From Eledone cirrhosa (lineage: Eukaryota): a stretch of 64,000 nucleotides of DNA. The stretch is taken from assembly GCA_964016885.1 (NCBI GenBank), contig OZ024762.1:8680001-8744000 (forward strand), given 5' to 3'. The translations under genes were made by a program, and so were the position numbers. Positions within the stretch are counted from its first letter, which is position 1; every line of letters starts with the position of its first letter. Under the pieces are notes generated by a model. That model had not been told where the DNA came from. It made no database searches and saw only the letters and a program-made list of their open reading frames with translations. Of this stretch, positions 26,147 to 40,947 are shown piece by piece.

Positions 26147-27063
26147 AGTATTAATAAAATAGATGTTCTTTTTATCAATTACATTTTATTATACATATTT
26201 CGGATGTACAACAGTACGTCCTCATCAGACAAAATATAATGATACATGACATACCCTGAGATGTTAAATGGTTAAGATTTAATCAAGGTAGTGATTACCG
26301 GATAGAAAATTTGCTTATATAATATCTGTGTCAGAGTGCGAAAACGTAATGAATTCATTAGAGAATGTGTGAGTAAGAAAAAACGTTCTAACATTTTAAA
26401 TTATATGATACTATATATAGGAAAACGTCTCATGAATCATAACAGCCTGTGATAGCCACTGGAAAAGGATTTATAAGGAAGGAAAGTGTGGGTTTTTTTT
26501 TGGAAAGTTAAACAATTAGAATTTGGAAATATTTAATTTATAATATTAATGTGAAGACTCCAGATTTCAGGATTATTTGCTATTTATTTATATTATTTAT
26601 ATAGTTGACTTTGCCTTTCATCCTTACGGGGTCGATAAAATAAAGTACCAGTAATGCACTGCGTATTTGCTGGCCTTGTGCCCAAAGTAGAAACAATTAT
26701 TTATATAAATTCGATAAGTGTGTTATCATTTCTAAACTTCTGAATTGTGAGAATAACATTATAAAGGATTTAGCTGGCGCATAAAGAATGAAATATTATA
26801 CTGTTGATTAATTACCTAAATCTAAACTTTAACAAATATCTCGACATATTAGGTATGTAAAGCTTTTATAGTACTTATTGTTATAAATATTTAAATAACT
26901 ATTATGTATTATAATAAAATGTAATTGATCAAAAGAACATCTATTTTATTAATACTTATATTAATAACTCCTGAAAATTATTTTTTCGTTGAGTGCTTCC
27001 AATCTACTGTAAAAATCATTCTTTGACATAATCATCGAATATTGTTTAACAATTTAATACTTA

Positions 27064-27143
<80 letters not shown>

Positions 27144-27150
<7 letters not shown>

Positions 27151-27605
27151 AATTAAAAAGAACAGAAAGATGCAGTAAAAGAGATTTATTCGGTTCTTAC
27201 GTACGTTTCAATAGACATCTATTTGCCTAGATCTCGCTACATCTATAATATTATATATTTAGTAGAGCATTCGATATCCAATGCACAATCGATCCCATAT
27301 CATCTGATGATATGGGATCGATTGTGCATTGGATATCGAATGCTCTACTAAATATATAATATTATAGATGTAGCGAGATCTAGGCAAATAGATGTCTATT
27401 GAAACGTACGTAAGAACCGAATAAATCTCTTTTACTGCATCTTTCTGTTCTTTTTAATTCTTTATACACGCCCCGGAATATAGCTAAACTGGATTATACA
27501 CCTTTTTTCTGCATTTCGTTGAGCACCACTCTGTTGTAAGCTGACATTCCACTACACGGTACATAACACCGTGTCCTGGGAAAACATTAATGCACTCGTG
27601 CATAA

Positions 27606-27610
<5 letters not shown>
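27144..27610. mobile_element. Palindromic HHR element folded at the core, with a 90-nt stem II insertion
   Basis: Mirror centre at ~27305 inside catCTGATGAt; GAAACGTACGTA at 27401. Flanked by long (TA)n. Confidence 0.8.
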
Positions 27611-27687
<77 letters not shown>

Positions 27688-27830
27688 ATGTTATAGAATA
27701 CTATTAGCTTCTCGCTAAAACAATTTCTATACCTTTCATTTATATATATATATATATATATATATAGCCATTTTGAAATGAATTCTTGGCGCGATCGTTT
27801 TGGAAAATTTAATGTCTAGATATGAGCGAG

Positions 27831-27916
27831 CTTCCTGAAGAATCCGGCGCTCGAGTTTATATAATTATTACATAATTATTGGAAAACTCAAAACACGGAC
27901 GAAACCATGGTAGAGG
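27831..27916 (+). ncRNA. Type I hammerhead ribozyme with extended stem II
   Basis: cttc-CTGAAGA-A-TCCG...CGGA-C-GAAACCATGGTA-gagg. Confidence 0.75.
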
Positions 27917-28189
27917 TATTTAAATGTATTCTATTTTCTCCTAGTTTATTTTAAACCTAATTCTGCTTAGTTGACTGTATCTAGGCGATTACGCTGTCGA
28001 AATATTCGATAAATATTCCACTACGGCCGACGCGAAGCGCTAGTTTTGGTTATTTGTCGGAGATTCCTTCATAGAAGCCTCATTCTTATAGCCTGGTCTA
28101 TTCGATTTTTTATATAGTTAATTATGCTATTTGGGAGAGGAAATAGTATATATTTTATCTTGTGATTCTATAGACATGTTTTATGATAT

Positions 28190-28870
28190 ATATAGAGAGG
28201 CTCTACAGACACGGGCGCCCGGGCAGGGATCCCTCAAAAAAGATTTGCCCTAGATGCGTGCGTCACGAAGAAACCGTTGCGCACGCATTGGTACAATGTC
28301 CGGGCGTGGCTGATCTGTGGGGCTACGCCGAACGACTACTGTCGCGGGTGGCGCCGATTCAATGGACCGCCGAGTCCGTGATGACAATCAAACCGCCTCC
28401 CCTCTTCACAAAGGAAGCAAAGGCGGTTTTTCTGTGCGTAATAGCCATGTTGAAAGAGGTTGTTTGGTGGACACGATTGAAAGGTCTGAGGTCAGGCAAC
28501 TTCCTCTCTGGCCATAGTCTGGTCTACTTCTTCCGATATCACTTCGGAAGAAGGATAAGAATGGAGAGAGAGGTGCTTGGCCACAGGCAGTTTTATGAAA
28601 GGTGGGTGATAGTGGCGAGAATGGCTCGTGTAAATGGGCCTTCTCTGTATACCATCCTGTAGGTAAAGAAGTAAAGGAGAGGGGAGCACCTTCTCCGTGT
28701 GCTCCCCGGGCAAAGGATTGCACACTTTTTCGGGGGGTGCACCCCCATCACGTCCCCTCCCTTTTGAGGTTATTTTCGATTATTTTCATTTTATACCCTT
28801 TTTACTCGATTATATGTAAACTCCCCCTTTGTATTTGTCCCTTCTTTTTATGCCTTTATGGTAAATAAAG

Positions 28871-28875
<5 letters not shown>
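28190..28875 (+). mobile_element. L1/Tx1-clade LINE 3' end (CCHC zinc knuckle plus 3' UTR)
   Basis: CPRC....EETVAHALVQC.....LW motif, AATAAA directly followed by (TA)n. Related 3' UTR at 54333-54420(-) within (GATA)n. Confidence 0.8.
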
Positions 28876-28920
<45 letters not shown>

Positions 28921-29441
28921 ACACCCACATGTGTGAAGTCATCAGTGATGTTTCAATTAATATAAATCTTCACTCGTGACGACTATTATTTACAGTGCTG
29001 ATATAATAGTGGTGGTGGTGGTGGTGGTGGTGGTGGTGGGAATGGTGGTGGTGGTGGTGGTGGTGGTGGGAGTGGTGGTGGTGGTGGTGGGAGTAGTGGT
29101 GGTGGTGGGAATGGTGATGGTGGTGGTGGTGATGATGGTGGTGGTGGTGGTGGTGGTGGTAGTGGTCGTGGTGGGAGTGGTGGTGGTGGGAATGGTGATG
29201 GTGTGGTGGTGGTGGTGGTGGTGGGAGTGGTGGTGGTGGGAATGGTGATGGTGGTGGTGATGATGGAGGTGGTGATGATGGTTGTGGTGGCAGTGGTGAT
29301 GGTTTGAGTTATGATGGTAGGGGTTGTAGGCGGTGGCGGGGGTGAAGGCGGTGGTGATTGCCTGTGTACAGGGTGTCCAAAAAATGTATACACACTTCAA
29401 CAGCATTCTAATCAAAGGGTGTATACATTTTTGGAAACACC

Positions 29442-29503
<62 letters not shown>

Positions 29504-29851
29504 CGAAGGAAATGTGGTAAGGAACCAGGTGGACCATAACGCACCAAAGTACTCAATGCTTAAGGTAGTAGAGTGGGTAATAGGAACCAGTAAGACCCCG
29601 ACGGCTGAGCTCAAGCCGTTTCGACGGCTTGAGCTCAGCCGTCGGGGTCTTACTGGTTCCTATATATATATATATATACGATATTAATAAATGGAAACTA
29701 TATTTATAAAACCATATTTATTTCATTATATATATTTCAAGGATACCAAGTTACATTATGGTATGCCTTCATCAGACAAAATACAATATATAACAGTTTT
29801 ATAAATAGACATTGACGTACTCCTTTAAAAATTGACCGTTGCTTTTGGAGG

Positions 29852-29893
<42 letters not shown>

Positions 29894-30171
29894 GAGGTTA
29901 TATTTAATTTGTTGGGATTCAACAAACTTAAACATTTGTTATAACTGATATAAAGCACTCAACAATTTAGTGGAGTAAATATACAATATATTAACTATCC
30001 AGGAAGCTCCAACCGTTAAGGTTGTCTTTTTTCAGGGTATGTCAATATTTATTTATAAAACAAATCTGTATTTTATCTGATGAAAGCGCACCATAATTTG
30101 CCTTGGTTGGCCTTGAAATATGTATAATAAAATAAATATGTTTTTTTAAATATAGTTTCCATTTGTTAATA

Positions 30172-30202
<31 letters not shown>

Positions 30203-30347
30203 CGGTTCGGATCTAGCTTTCGAAACGGCCGGAGCTCAGCCGTCGGGGTCCTGACTCTTTTCCTATTACCCACTCTACCACCCAAGGTATTGACCACCCC
30301 GGTGCGCCACGGTCCACCTAGCCTTCCACCACACCCTCCCTGTTATA

Positions 30348-30380
<33 letters not shown>

Positions 30381-30410
30381 GTACACACACACACACACAC
30401 ACATATATAT

Positions 30411-30466
<56 letters not shown>

Positions 30467-30506
30467 GTGTGTGTGTATATATATATATATATATACACAC
30501 ACACAA

Positions 30507-30629
<123 letters not shown>

Positions 30630-30634
30630 TACAT

Positions 30635-30673
<39 letters not shown>

Positions 30674-30706
30674 TATAAATATATATATATGCATATAAAT
30701 ATATAT

Positions 30707-30748
<42 letters not shown>

Positions 30749-30847
30749 TGGTGGGGGAGGGTATGTGTGTGTGAAGGCTGGTGGCTTAGTGGAATCATAA
30801 TCGTGATGTTGTGAGTTCGATCCCGGACCGGATGATGCGTTGTGTCT

Positions 30848-31246
30848 TTAACCTTTTAGCATCTTCTGTTCAAATCGGCCATAACCGGCCACTCATACCA
30901 ATGTTAAGGTATTGTTCTCAAAATAAATAATATCAAAATTTCATAAATTTGATATTATGTGAGTTAAATATGTAAGATAAAGTCTTTACTGCGAAAATAT
31001 AATAGTATATATAGAGAATAATTGTTTCTACTTTAGGCACAAGGCCAGCAAATTACTCAATGCATTACTGGTACTTTATTTTATCGACCCCGTAAGGATG
31101 AAAGGCAAAGTCAACCTCGGCGGGATTTGAACTCAGATCGTAAAGGGACGTAACTATGCTGGAAAGTATGGGGTCCGACCCTCTACTGATACTGCCAATC
31201 TACCGCCCTGTATATATAGAGAATAATGCAAATGCTAAAGGGTTAA
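30848..31246. mobile_element. TTAA-targeting (piggyBac-like) MITE inserted in SINE A and carrying a nested SINE B
   Basis: Termini ttaaccttttagcat / atgctaaagggttaa. Similar termini at 361-390 and 43576-43614. Confidence 0.75.
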
Positions 31247-31282
31247 GCAAGACACTTTATTTCACGTTGTTCCAGTTTACTC

Positions 31283-31313
<31 letters not shown>

Positions 31314-31881
31314 TATATATATCTTCATCTTGTGTTTTTTCGTACACTTTTTCAAACATCTATATTTTAATTTTTGTATATTTGATATAATAAATTATGT
31401 TTAAGCTTATTTTTTTTTACATCCAATAAAAGTGGGGGTGGGGTGGAATAAAAGCGGGGTGGGAGTGTGTGTGGAATAAAAGTGGGGGGAGGAGAGTGTG
31501 TGTGTGGAATAGGGGGGGTAAGGGGGGGGGATAAAAGCGGGGGGTGGGGGGACGAACACCTGAGAGTACCTGTCTACTAGGCCATACATCCTCCAGGAAT
31601 ATATATGACAAATAAACAAGGCAAAGGTTACTTTTGTTGTCATTGTTATTGTTCTTCACTCTAAGTCATTCCTTCATTGAGTGAACCACGATAAAATAGC
31701 CCTTTCCCTCCACCTCAAACTCACACTCACACACGCATTACATTTATTGGTTGGTGACGCGCGTTTCGCCACTGATCAGCTCAAGGTTCGATCTGTAATT
31801 TGCGGCTCGTCGGACCTCTTGTAATGCAAGTAGAAAATGAATACATGCTATCCTACAGTAACTCCAAGTTACACTCCCTCG

Positions 31882-31931
<50 letters not shown>

Positions 31932-32107
31932 GTATATATATATATGGAGTCGGGACCCCGATGGCTGAGCTCCTGCAAAACCTGTTAGACCATCCATTAC
32001 TCATATATATATATTATAATAAATTGAAGTGAAAGCAACTGGTGCGTGTGTTTCTTATTGGCAACATGACCCTCCCAAAGTATAACAATATATATATATA
32101 TATATAT

Positions 32108-32305
32108 ATACGTAGGTCCCGGGTTGAGTCGGGGATAACCACAGTAAGTAAGGTACTCAATACATGGCAGAGTAACATTTTTTTATTTTATAGAAGGAGC
32201 TTCTACAGGACTAGTACTGTTTCATTCAGATGAAATCTTCAGGAAGCTCCTGAAGATTTCATCTGAATGAAACAGTACTAGTCCTGTAGAAGCTCCTTCT
32301 ATAAA
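32108..32305. mobile_element. Head-to-head HHR element; intact core 32197-32249(-); single copy at 57193-57332(+)
   Basis: gagcttc-CTGAAGA-TTTCATCTGAAT-GAAACAG-TACTAGTC-CTGTA-gaagctc, with a 7-bp stem I. Confidence 0.85.
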
Positions 32306-32451
32306 ATATATATATATATATATATATATATTAGTATTTTGGCCCCTTACTTGTTGACCGGTCATTGTAAGATAGATTAGGCCGAGTACTACTAATTCAT
32401 AAAATTAGCCGTCGAAACGGCTTGAGCTCAGACGTCGGGGTCCTACTCGTT

Positions 32452-32530
<79 letters not shown>

Positions 32531-32556
32531 GTATATATATACATGTATATATATAT

Positions 32557-32706
<150 letters not shown>

Positions 32707-33484
32707 TATTAATTTTCAAATCCCGCCGAGGTTAACTTTGCCTTTCATCCTTACTGGATCGATAAATAAAGTACCAGTAATGCACTAGGGTTCATTTAAT
32801 CGACTTCCCCTCCCACAAAATTGCTGGCCTTGCGCCTAAATCAGAAACCATCAATGTTATTATCAAATGGTATATATGCCCTGTGCTGAAAGTATTTTTC
32901 TATGACGTAAATATATATATAGTATGAAATTCCCGGTTTATTTTTTTATATATGAATATTTTTGTTTCTACTTTAGGCACAAGGCCAGCAATAACCCAGT
33001 TCATTACTGGTACTTTATTTTATCGACCCCGTAAGGATGAAAGGCAAAGTCAACCTTTATATATGAATATTGATGTTGATATATATATACAATGATTTTA
33101 CAACCGATAAAGTATGATTTTCATGGGTATGTCTCTATTTATAAAACAAACTTTGTATTTTATCTGATGAAAGCGTACCAATGTTGTCTTGGTTACCCTT
33201 GAAATATATATAATAAAATAAATATGGTTTTATAAATATAGTTTCCATTTATTTAATATCATTGAATATTTACTCCAGTAAACTGTTGAGTGCTCTAAAT
33301 CAGTTATAAACATTTATATTTGTCGGACTTGCAACAAATTAAATACCACTTCTACTTATATATATATATATGTGTGTGTGTGTATATATATATGTGCGTA
33401 TATATATATATATGTGTGTGTGTATGTGTATATATATGCGTGTGTGTGTGTTTATACATATATGCATGTGTGTATATATATATA

Positions 33485-33539
<55 letters not shown>

Positions 33540-33582
33540 TTATACATATATGCATGTGTATATATATATATATGCGTGTGTG

Positions 33583-33613
<31 letters not shown>

Positions 33614-35729
33614 TTATATATATATGCATGTGTATATATATATATATGTGTGTGTGTATATATGTATATATATATGTGTGCATATATATATATATATATT
33701 TGTATATATGCAACTATACGAACATCATAAAAGGTAAAATAAACAATGACATTTTTATCAACAATGTCATTGTGGTGGAGATAATAACTTTCACGTGGTG
33801 TTGTAGTGTTGGTAGTAGTAGAGGTGGTGGTAGTAGTAGTTCTGTGGTGTTGGTGGTGGTGATGATGGTGGTGATGATGGTGGTATTGGTGTTGGTGGTT
33901 GTGGTGGTGGTGTTGTGGTGGTGGTGGTTGTAGTGGTTGTGGTGGTGGTGGTAGTTGTGGGGTTGGTGTTGGTGGTGTTGTTGTTCTTGTGGTGTGGTGG
34001 TGTGGTGGTGGTGTTGGTTGTGTGGTGGTAGTGGTGGTGGTGGTGGTGTTGGTTGTGGTGGTGGTGTTGGTGGTGTGGTGGTGTTGTGGTGGTGGTGGTG
34101 TTGTGGTGGTGGTGTTGTGGTGGTGGTGGTGTTGTGGTGGTGTGGTGGTGGTGTTGTGGTGTTGTAGTGGTTGTGGTAGTAGAGGTGGTAGTAGTGGTGG
34201 TGGTGTTGTGGTGTTGTGGTGGTGGTGGTTGTGGTGGTGGGGGGCTGTGGCTGTTGGTAGTAGTAGAGGTGGTGGTAGTAGTGGTGGTAGTAGTGGTGTT
34301 GTGGTGTTGGTGGTGGTGATGATGGTGGTATTGGTGTTGGTGGTTGTGGTGGTGGTGTTGTGGTGGTGGTGGTTGTAGTGGTTGTGGTGGTGGTGGTAGT
34401 TGTGGTGTTGGTGTTGGTGGTGTTGTTGTTCTTGTGGTGTGGTGGTGTTGTGGTGGTGTTAGTTGTGGTGGTGGTGTTGTTGTTGTGATGGTGTTGGTGG
34501 TCTGGTGGTGTTGTGGTGGTGGTGGTGTTGTGGTGGTGTTGTGGTGGTGGTGGTCTTGTGGTGGTGTGGTGATGGTGTTATGGTGTTGTAGTGGTTGTGG
34601 TAGTAGTGGTGGTGGTGTTGTGGTGTTGTGGTGGTGGTGGTGGTGGTTGTGGTGGTGGAGGGCTGTAGCTGTTGGTAGTAGTAGAGGTGGTGGTAGTAGT
34701 GGTGTTGTGGTGTTGGTGGTGGTGATGATGGTGGTATTGGTGTTGGTGGTTGTGGTGGTGGTGTTGTGGTGGTGGTGGTTGTAGTGGTTGTGGTGGTGGT
34801 GGTAGTTGTGTTGTTGGTGTTGGTGGTGTTGTTGTTCTTGTGGTGTGGTGGTGTTGTGGTGGTGTTGGTTGTGGTGGTGGTGTTGGTGGTGTTGGTGGTG
34901 GTGTTGGTGGTGGTGGTGTTGTTGTTGTGATGGTGTTGGTGGTGTGGTGGTAGTTGTGGTGGTGGTGGTGTGGTGGTGGTGTTGTGGTGGTGGTGGTGTT
35001 GTGGTGGTGTGGTGGTGGCGGTGGTGTGGTGGTGGTGGTGTTGTGGTGGTGTGGTGGTGGTGTTGTGATGTTGTAGTGGTGGTGTTGTGGTGGTGTGGTG
35101 GTGGTGTTGTGGTGTTGTAGTGGTTGTGGTAGTAGAGGTGGTAGTAGTGGTGGTGGTGTTGTGGTGGGGGGGGGGGGGCTGTAGCTGTTGCCATTCTTGT
35201 TATGGTGTTGTTGTTATCGTTTTGTTTTTGTCTCTTTTGTTTTGGTTTTGCTGCTGATGCTGATTTTACTTTTTTAACCATAAAAATAAAAAATTATTCA
35301 AGGGATATAACTTTGAATAACTTTTCAGAGTTATTTCCCTTGTTTACTGTGACTGTTAGAGTAACCTCCCTTACTAACCTTTACATAAAATTGCCAAACA
35401 ATTTAGAAATGAATTAAATTCAGTCTGAAGCATTTGTAGAGTGGGAAAAATTTCAAGTTGGGTATGAGCCAGCTTCAGCTTTCAGTAACGTAAGGAGGTA
35501 AGCGTAAAACCCAAACTTGCTATCTTCAACTCGTTATTTGTGCCAACCACCACCACAACACCACCACACCACCAACACCACCACCACAACCAACACCACC
35601 ACCACCACCACTACCACCACACAACCAACACCACCACCACACCACCACAAGAACAACAACACCACCAACACCAACCCCACAACTACCACCACCACCACAA
35701 CCACTATGGTCATACATTTTGGGTAATGT

Positions 35730-36380
35730 TCGAAAGAATACGACCGGGGATACAAGCGGCCAAAATGGGGTTCACCCGAAGTGTCTTTAGAGTAACATTA
35801 CTAGATAAATTGCGTAGCTCGGTGACCAGAGAGTCACTCCAGGTAGAGCTGCTACTTCTTCGAATTGAGAGATCACAGCTCCAATACTATGGACATGTGG
35901 TTAGAATGTCTCAGGAAAGAATCACTGGACAGATTTGTAGCTCAGAGATCAGAGAGTCACTCCAGATAGAGCTGCTAGTTCTCCGAATTGAGAGATCACA
36001 GCTTCGATACTATAGGTTACTCCGAAGGGTCTTTGGAGTAATGTTACTCGATAAAGTGCGTAACTCCAGCGAGTCACTCCAGGTAGAGCCACTACATCTC
36101 CGAATTGAGAGGTCACAGCTCTGATATTATGGACATGTGGTTAGAATGTCTCAGGAAAGAATCGCTGGACAGATTGTATGGGCAAAACCAACCGACAGGA
36201 GACCCAGGGGTAGACCCCGAGCAAGATGGTTGGATAACATCCATGAGCTTAGCTGGTCTCGCTTGGGGATCCAGCCGGTTCAGTAGGAGACGGTTGTTTC
36301 TGACAGGGCCCGCTAGAGGGAGTGTTTGAGGACTCTGCCTCCACGATCCTCTCATAGATAAATAGGCAAAGAAAGAAGGG
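35730..36380 (+). mobile_element. RTE-like LINE 3' fragment with internal duplications
   Basis: IQAAKMGF.R....VTLLDK.RS...RESLQVELLLLRIERSQLQYYGHVVRM. Confidence 0.8.
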
Positions 36381-37560
36381 TATATGTTTTTTCAACAACC
36401 CCTAAAAACAACCTTCTTCTCTCACCATCTCTCATCGGTGGATTGGCAGTATCGTATCGGTAGAGGGTCGGACGCCATGCTTTCAGCATAGTTACGTCCC
36501 TTTACGATCTGAGTTCAAATCCCGCCGAGGTTGACTTTGCCTTTCATCCTTACGGGGTCGATAAAATAAAGTACCAGTAATGCACTGGGTAATTGCTGGC
36601 CTTGTGCCTAAAGTAGAAACAATTATTATAAGCAAATGGGAGCCCACGAGCTGGCCGCTCGGCGGACAGAGCAAGCAAACATGATTGAGGGTGGGGGTTC
36701 CTTGTGGTCGTGGTGGGGAGTTTCAGGTAATGTCAGAACGTGTATCTTCCGCTACCAACTAACTTACCCTCCCTCCACCTGGGGTGTATTGGGGTGGATG
36801 TGGATGTGTGTGTGTGGGGGGGGGGGGGGCTGTGTGTGTTAGCATGTGTGTGGGGTGTGACTGTATGTGTGTTCAGGTGACTGTGTGTTTATGTCGAGGT
36901 GGTTGTGTGTGAGCATGTGTTGAGGAAGCTGTTTGTGTGTGTGTGTTTGTGAGGGAGGGGGGGGGGGGGGGGTTAAGTTGGCTGTGGTGTGTGTGTGTGT
37001 TTGTGTATGTGTGTTTGTATGCGTGTGTGTGAGAATATATGCGTGTATATGTGTTAAAGTGGCTGTGTGAGTGGGTCTATGTGTGTGTGTGTGTGTGTGA
37101 TACTATCAGAGTGTCTAGATGGCCATGTGTGAATTTTGTATGTGTGTGTGTGTGTGTGTGCGTGTCCATGTTGATGTAGCTGTGTGCCCACGCGTGTGTA
37201 AGTGCCCTCTTTCTCGCACTAACACTCACATATACATATATTTACATATACACCCCCACCCCCATATACATACATATACACTCAAACATATATGTATATA
37301 TATATACATATATATTCCTGTGTCCCATTCATCAATTGTCCTCCCACCTGTGACACAATAATCTCAATATCACGACGTGTATTGTCTCCCCTTCCCTCCC
37401 AACGCGGAGAGTGGCGAACAGGCGATACCACGTGGTAATACAAAGACTTTATTGAATTCTTGTTCGCCATCTTGATTCCTTTTCACAGTTCCACCAACCT
37501 TTCTCTTAAACATGATCCTACACCTTTCTCTCTCTCTCGCCCTCCCCCCTCCCCCACCCC

Positions 37561-37610
<50 letters not shown>

Positions 37611-37627
37611 CAAACGCATACGTATAT

Positions 37628-37794
<167 letters not shown>

Positions 37795-37944
37795 ATTTAA
37801 AACTGCACTATCCACAAGTGTTTTTTAGCCTTCATATCATGTCCTCCTGTTTTATCTGATGAAAACACAAATATTATTGCATGATGATGTTTGTTTTTGA
37901 AATGCGCATAATAAAATACATGGAACTCCTTTAACCATCTTTTG

Positions 37945-38001
<57 letters not shown>

Positions 38002-38116
38002 GAATTGGTAGTTTACTTGAAGCATTGAATTTAGAAGGCTAGAACAATGCAGGTTTGGAGATAGAAGATAAATGTAAAAGATAACGCTGACAATTAGTCT
38101 TTTATCTTAATTTATT

Positions 38117-38167
<51 letters not shown>

Positions 38168-38170
<3 letters not shown>

Positions 38171-38389
38171 AATGAATATATGAGGGGGATAAACACTGAT
38201 ACAAGTATACATGTGTTCGAATTGCAAATGACCAACTTAGGTTGGTTGAAAAATATTAATTTAAAATTATATGGTTTGCCTGTCTCGATTTAAAATAATA
38301 TTTGTATTACACGGCTCGGAAATATTCCCTTCTTTGAGCTATTTAATTGTAAAAGACTATTCTGAGTTTATAACTCAATATATAATATA

Positions 38390-38464
<75 letters not shown>

Positions 38465-38707
38465 TATATACATATATATATATATATGATTCCAGTTCCT
38501 CAGTGAAATAACAACCCAACCAGGAAGTGGGCATATCAGAGTATTGACAAAATTATACACCTCAACAACATATGTACTTGTCTATACCACACTAATTTGG
38601 ACTGCCTGAAGAGGTCACAGCCAAAGATGGCTGTCACCGAAATATATATAGCAGTAATAAACGAAGCTAAATTTTAAACATTTGACTTATTTATTTTACT
38701 TTATTTT

Positions 38708-38753
<46 letters not shown>

Positions 38754-38972
38754 AATGAATATATGAGAGGGATAAACACTGATACAAGTATACATGTGTT
38801 CGAATTGCAAATGACCAACTTAGGTTGGTTGAAAAATATTAATTTAAAATTATATGGTTTGCCTGTCTCGATTTAAAATAATATTTGTATTACACGGCTC
38901 GGAAATATTCCCTTCTTTGAGCTATTTAATTGTAAAAGACTATTCTGAGTTTATAACTCAATATATAATATA

Positions 38973-38978
<6 letters not shown>
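38168..38978. repeat. ~230-bp direct duplication (38168-38395 / 38750-38978) flanking an HHR element (core 38601-38655,+)
   Basis: Copies are near-identical and separated by (TA)n. A related piece lies at 903-985. Confidence 0.85.
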
Positions 38979-39037
<59 letters not shown>

Positions 39038-39542
39038 CAAAGAAAGTGTGCTAAGATAAGTGTGGACCATAACGCACCAGATTACTCGATACATAGGGTA
39101 GTAGAGTGGGTAATAGAAAAAGAGTCAGCTGTGGGAGTCCTACCTTTTTTTCTATATATTTATAATCGAAGTAATCATTTCTTTTTCCTTTCTGAAAAAT
39201 GTATATGAATGTTGACTGTACTGTGACACACTGATAGTACACGTAAAGGAACTAAAAATGGTAATATGATTTCGGAGCATATTCTCTTAGGAGTGAGGGA
39301 ATATGCTCCGAAATCAATAGACGTGTCCGTCGAACCTGCGGGTCCAGAATCAGACAGATCCCTACAATGATCGCGTCTCGAGCTGTCCGCCGACGAAACA
39401 ACTGTAACAGACAATAAATTGAGTTCTGATGCATCACTGATTTTCGTTTTCTATTCCATCATACTCTGCTCTGTAAGAGCATAGAGTTCTCAACTGGCAT
39501 ACCGCCTATGGAAGCATCTTAGCTACCATTAGACACACACAA

Positions 39543-39649
<107 letters not shown>

Positions 39650-40217
39650 CAGGATGTCCCAAAAAATATATACACACTTCAACAGCATTCAAATAAATAT
39701 AAGTATACAGTTTTGGGGGACATCCTGTGTGTATATATATATATAGAGAGAGAGAATTAGCATATCTATGAACATATGCGTACAGATGTACACTAATGCT
39801 AGCAAATACATAAGTTATGTCATAGTACCTAGGTGGTAGTAGGCTTTGTCATAGTACCTGTAGTGGTAGTAGGCTTTGTCATTTTACTACCCCACTCCTT
39901 CCGACTAGCCTCAGTGTCACGTGATTGATTCTTTAGAATCTGCCATTTGACCAGAAGCAGTGAACTTTTTCAGTGCTTTGGAATTCAGTCCTCGCTAGCT
40001 GTTCCATCCACCGAATTATTATTATTTTTATATGAGTCCCTAGTGTCCGCGCACTGCCTGGAGACTTAGCTGAGAATAGACTCCCTGATGACGTAATGAA
40101 TTCTCGACAGTTACATTACGTAACTATCTTTATCCCATTACAGAAACTAATTAGTTGGAGTGAAAATTTTAGTAAGTAAGTTAATTTTTAATTTTTAAAA
40201 TTTTCTTATTTTACGTC

Positions 40218-40262
<45 letters not shown>

Positions 40263-40313
40263 TAACTTGATTAGTTAGTGCGTGTGTTCTTGCATGTGTG
40301 TGTGTGTGCATAG

Positions 40314-40357
<44 letters not shown>

Positions 40358-40676
40358 ATGTGTGTATATGTGTGTGTGTGTGTGCGTGTGTGCGTGTGTG
40401 CGTGTGTGAGACACACCATCCAGCCACTGATACAAACCAGTATGGTTTATAATAAGTATATGGGTCAACAGAATGTTGACCTACTGACAAGTAGATATAA
40501 AACTAGGTCAAACCAAGGTGGCTTAATTCTGTCATGGCGTCATTACCATATTACACATTGTACAACCAGTCGGTGATACAGTATAGCTTAGTTATGAATA
40601 GTTATATGTAACCTGCCCCCTGGTTACATATATATATGTATATATATATATGTATATATATATGTATATATATATG

Positions 40677-40764
<88 letters not shown>

Positions 40765-40882
40765 GTTATGTAATAAACAACATAAGGCAATTATTTCATT
40801 TACCAGTGGTTTCTTAAAACCAAAAAAATTTTGCTTTCAATCATCAGAATGAAAAAATCATCAGAATGAAAAAATCCATATA

Positions 40883-40942
<60 letters not shown>

Positions 40943-40947
<5 letters not shown>

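Noticed and set aside
37282-37470. ORF starting in an AAGATGGCG (YY1/Kozak-like) context
   Set aside because: No recognisable homology or clear splice partner; it runs into microsatellite.
39268-39315. 17-bp-stem hairpin as a pre-miRNA candidate
   Set aside because: Ends in ..CCGAAATC like the other fold-back HHR remnants; more likely a small inverted TE junction.
40082-40128. Possible hammerhead CTGATGA-CGTAATG..CATTACG-TAAC
   Set aside because: GAAA is absent and stems I/III are unconvincing; at best a decayed copy.
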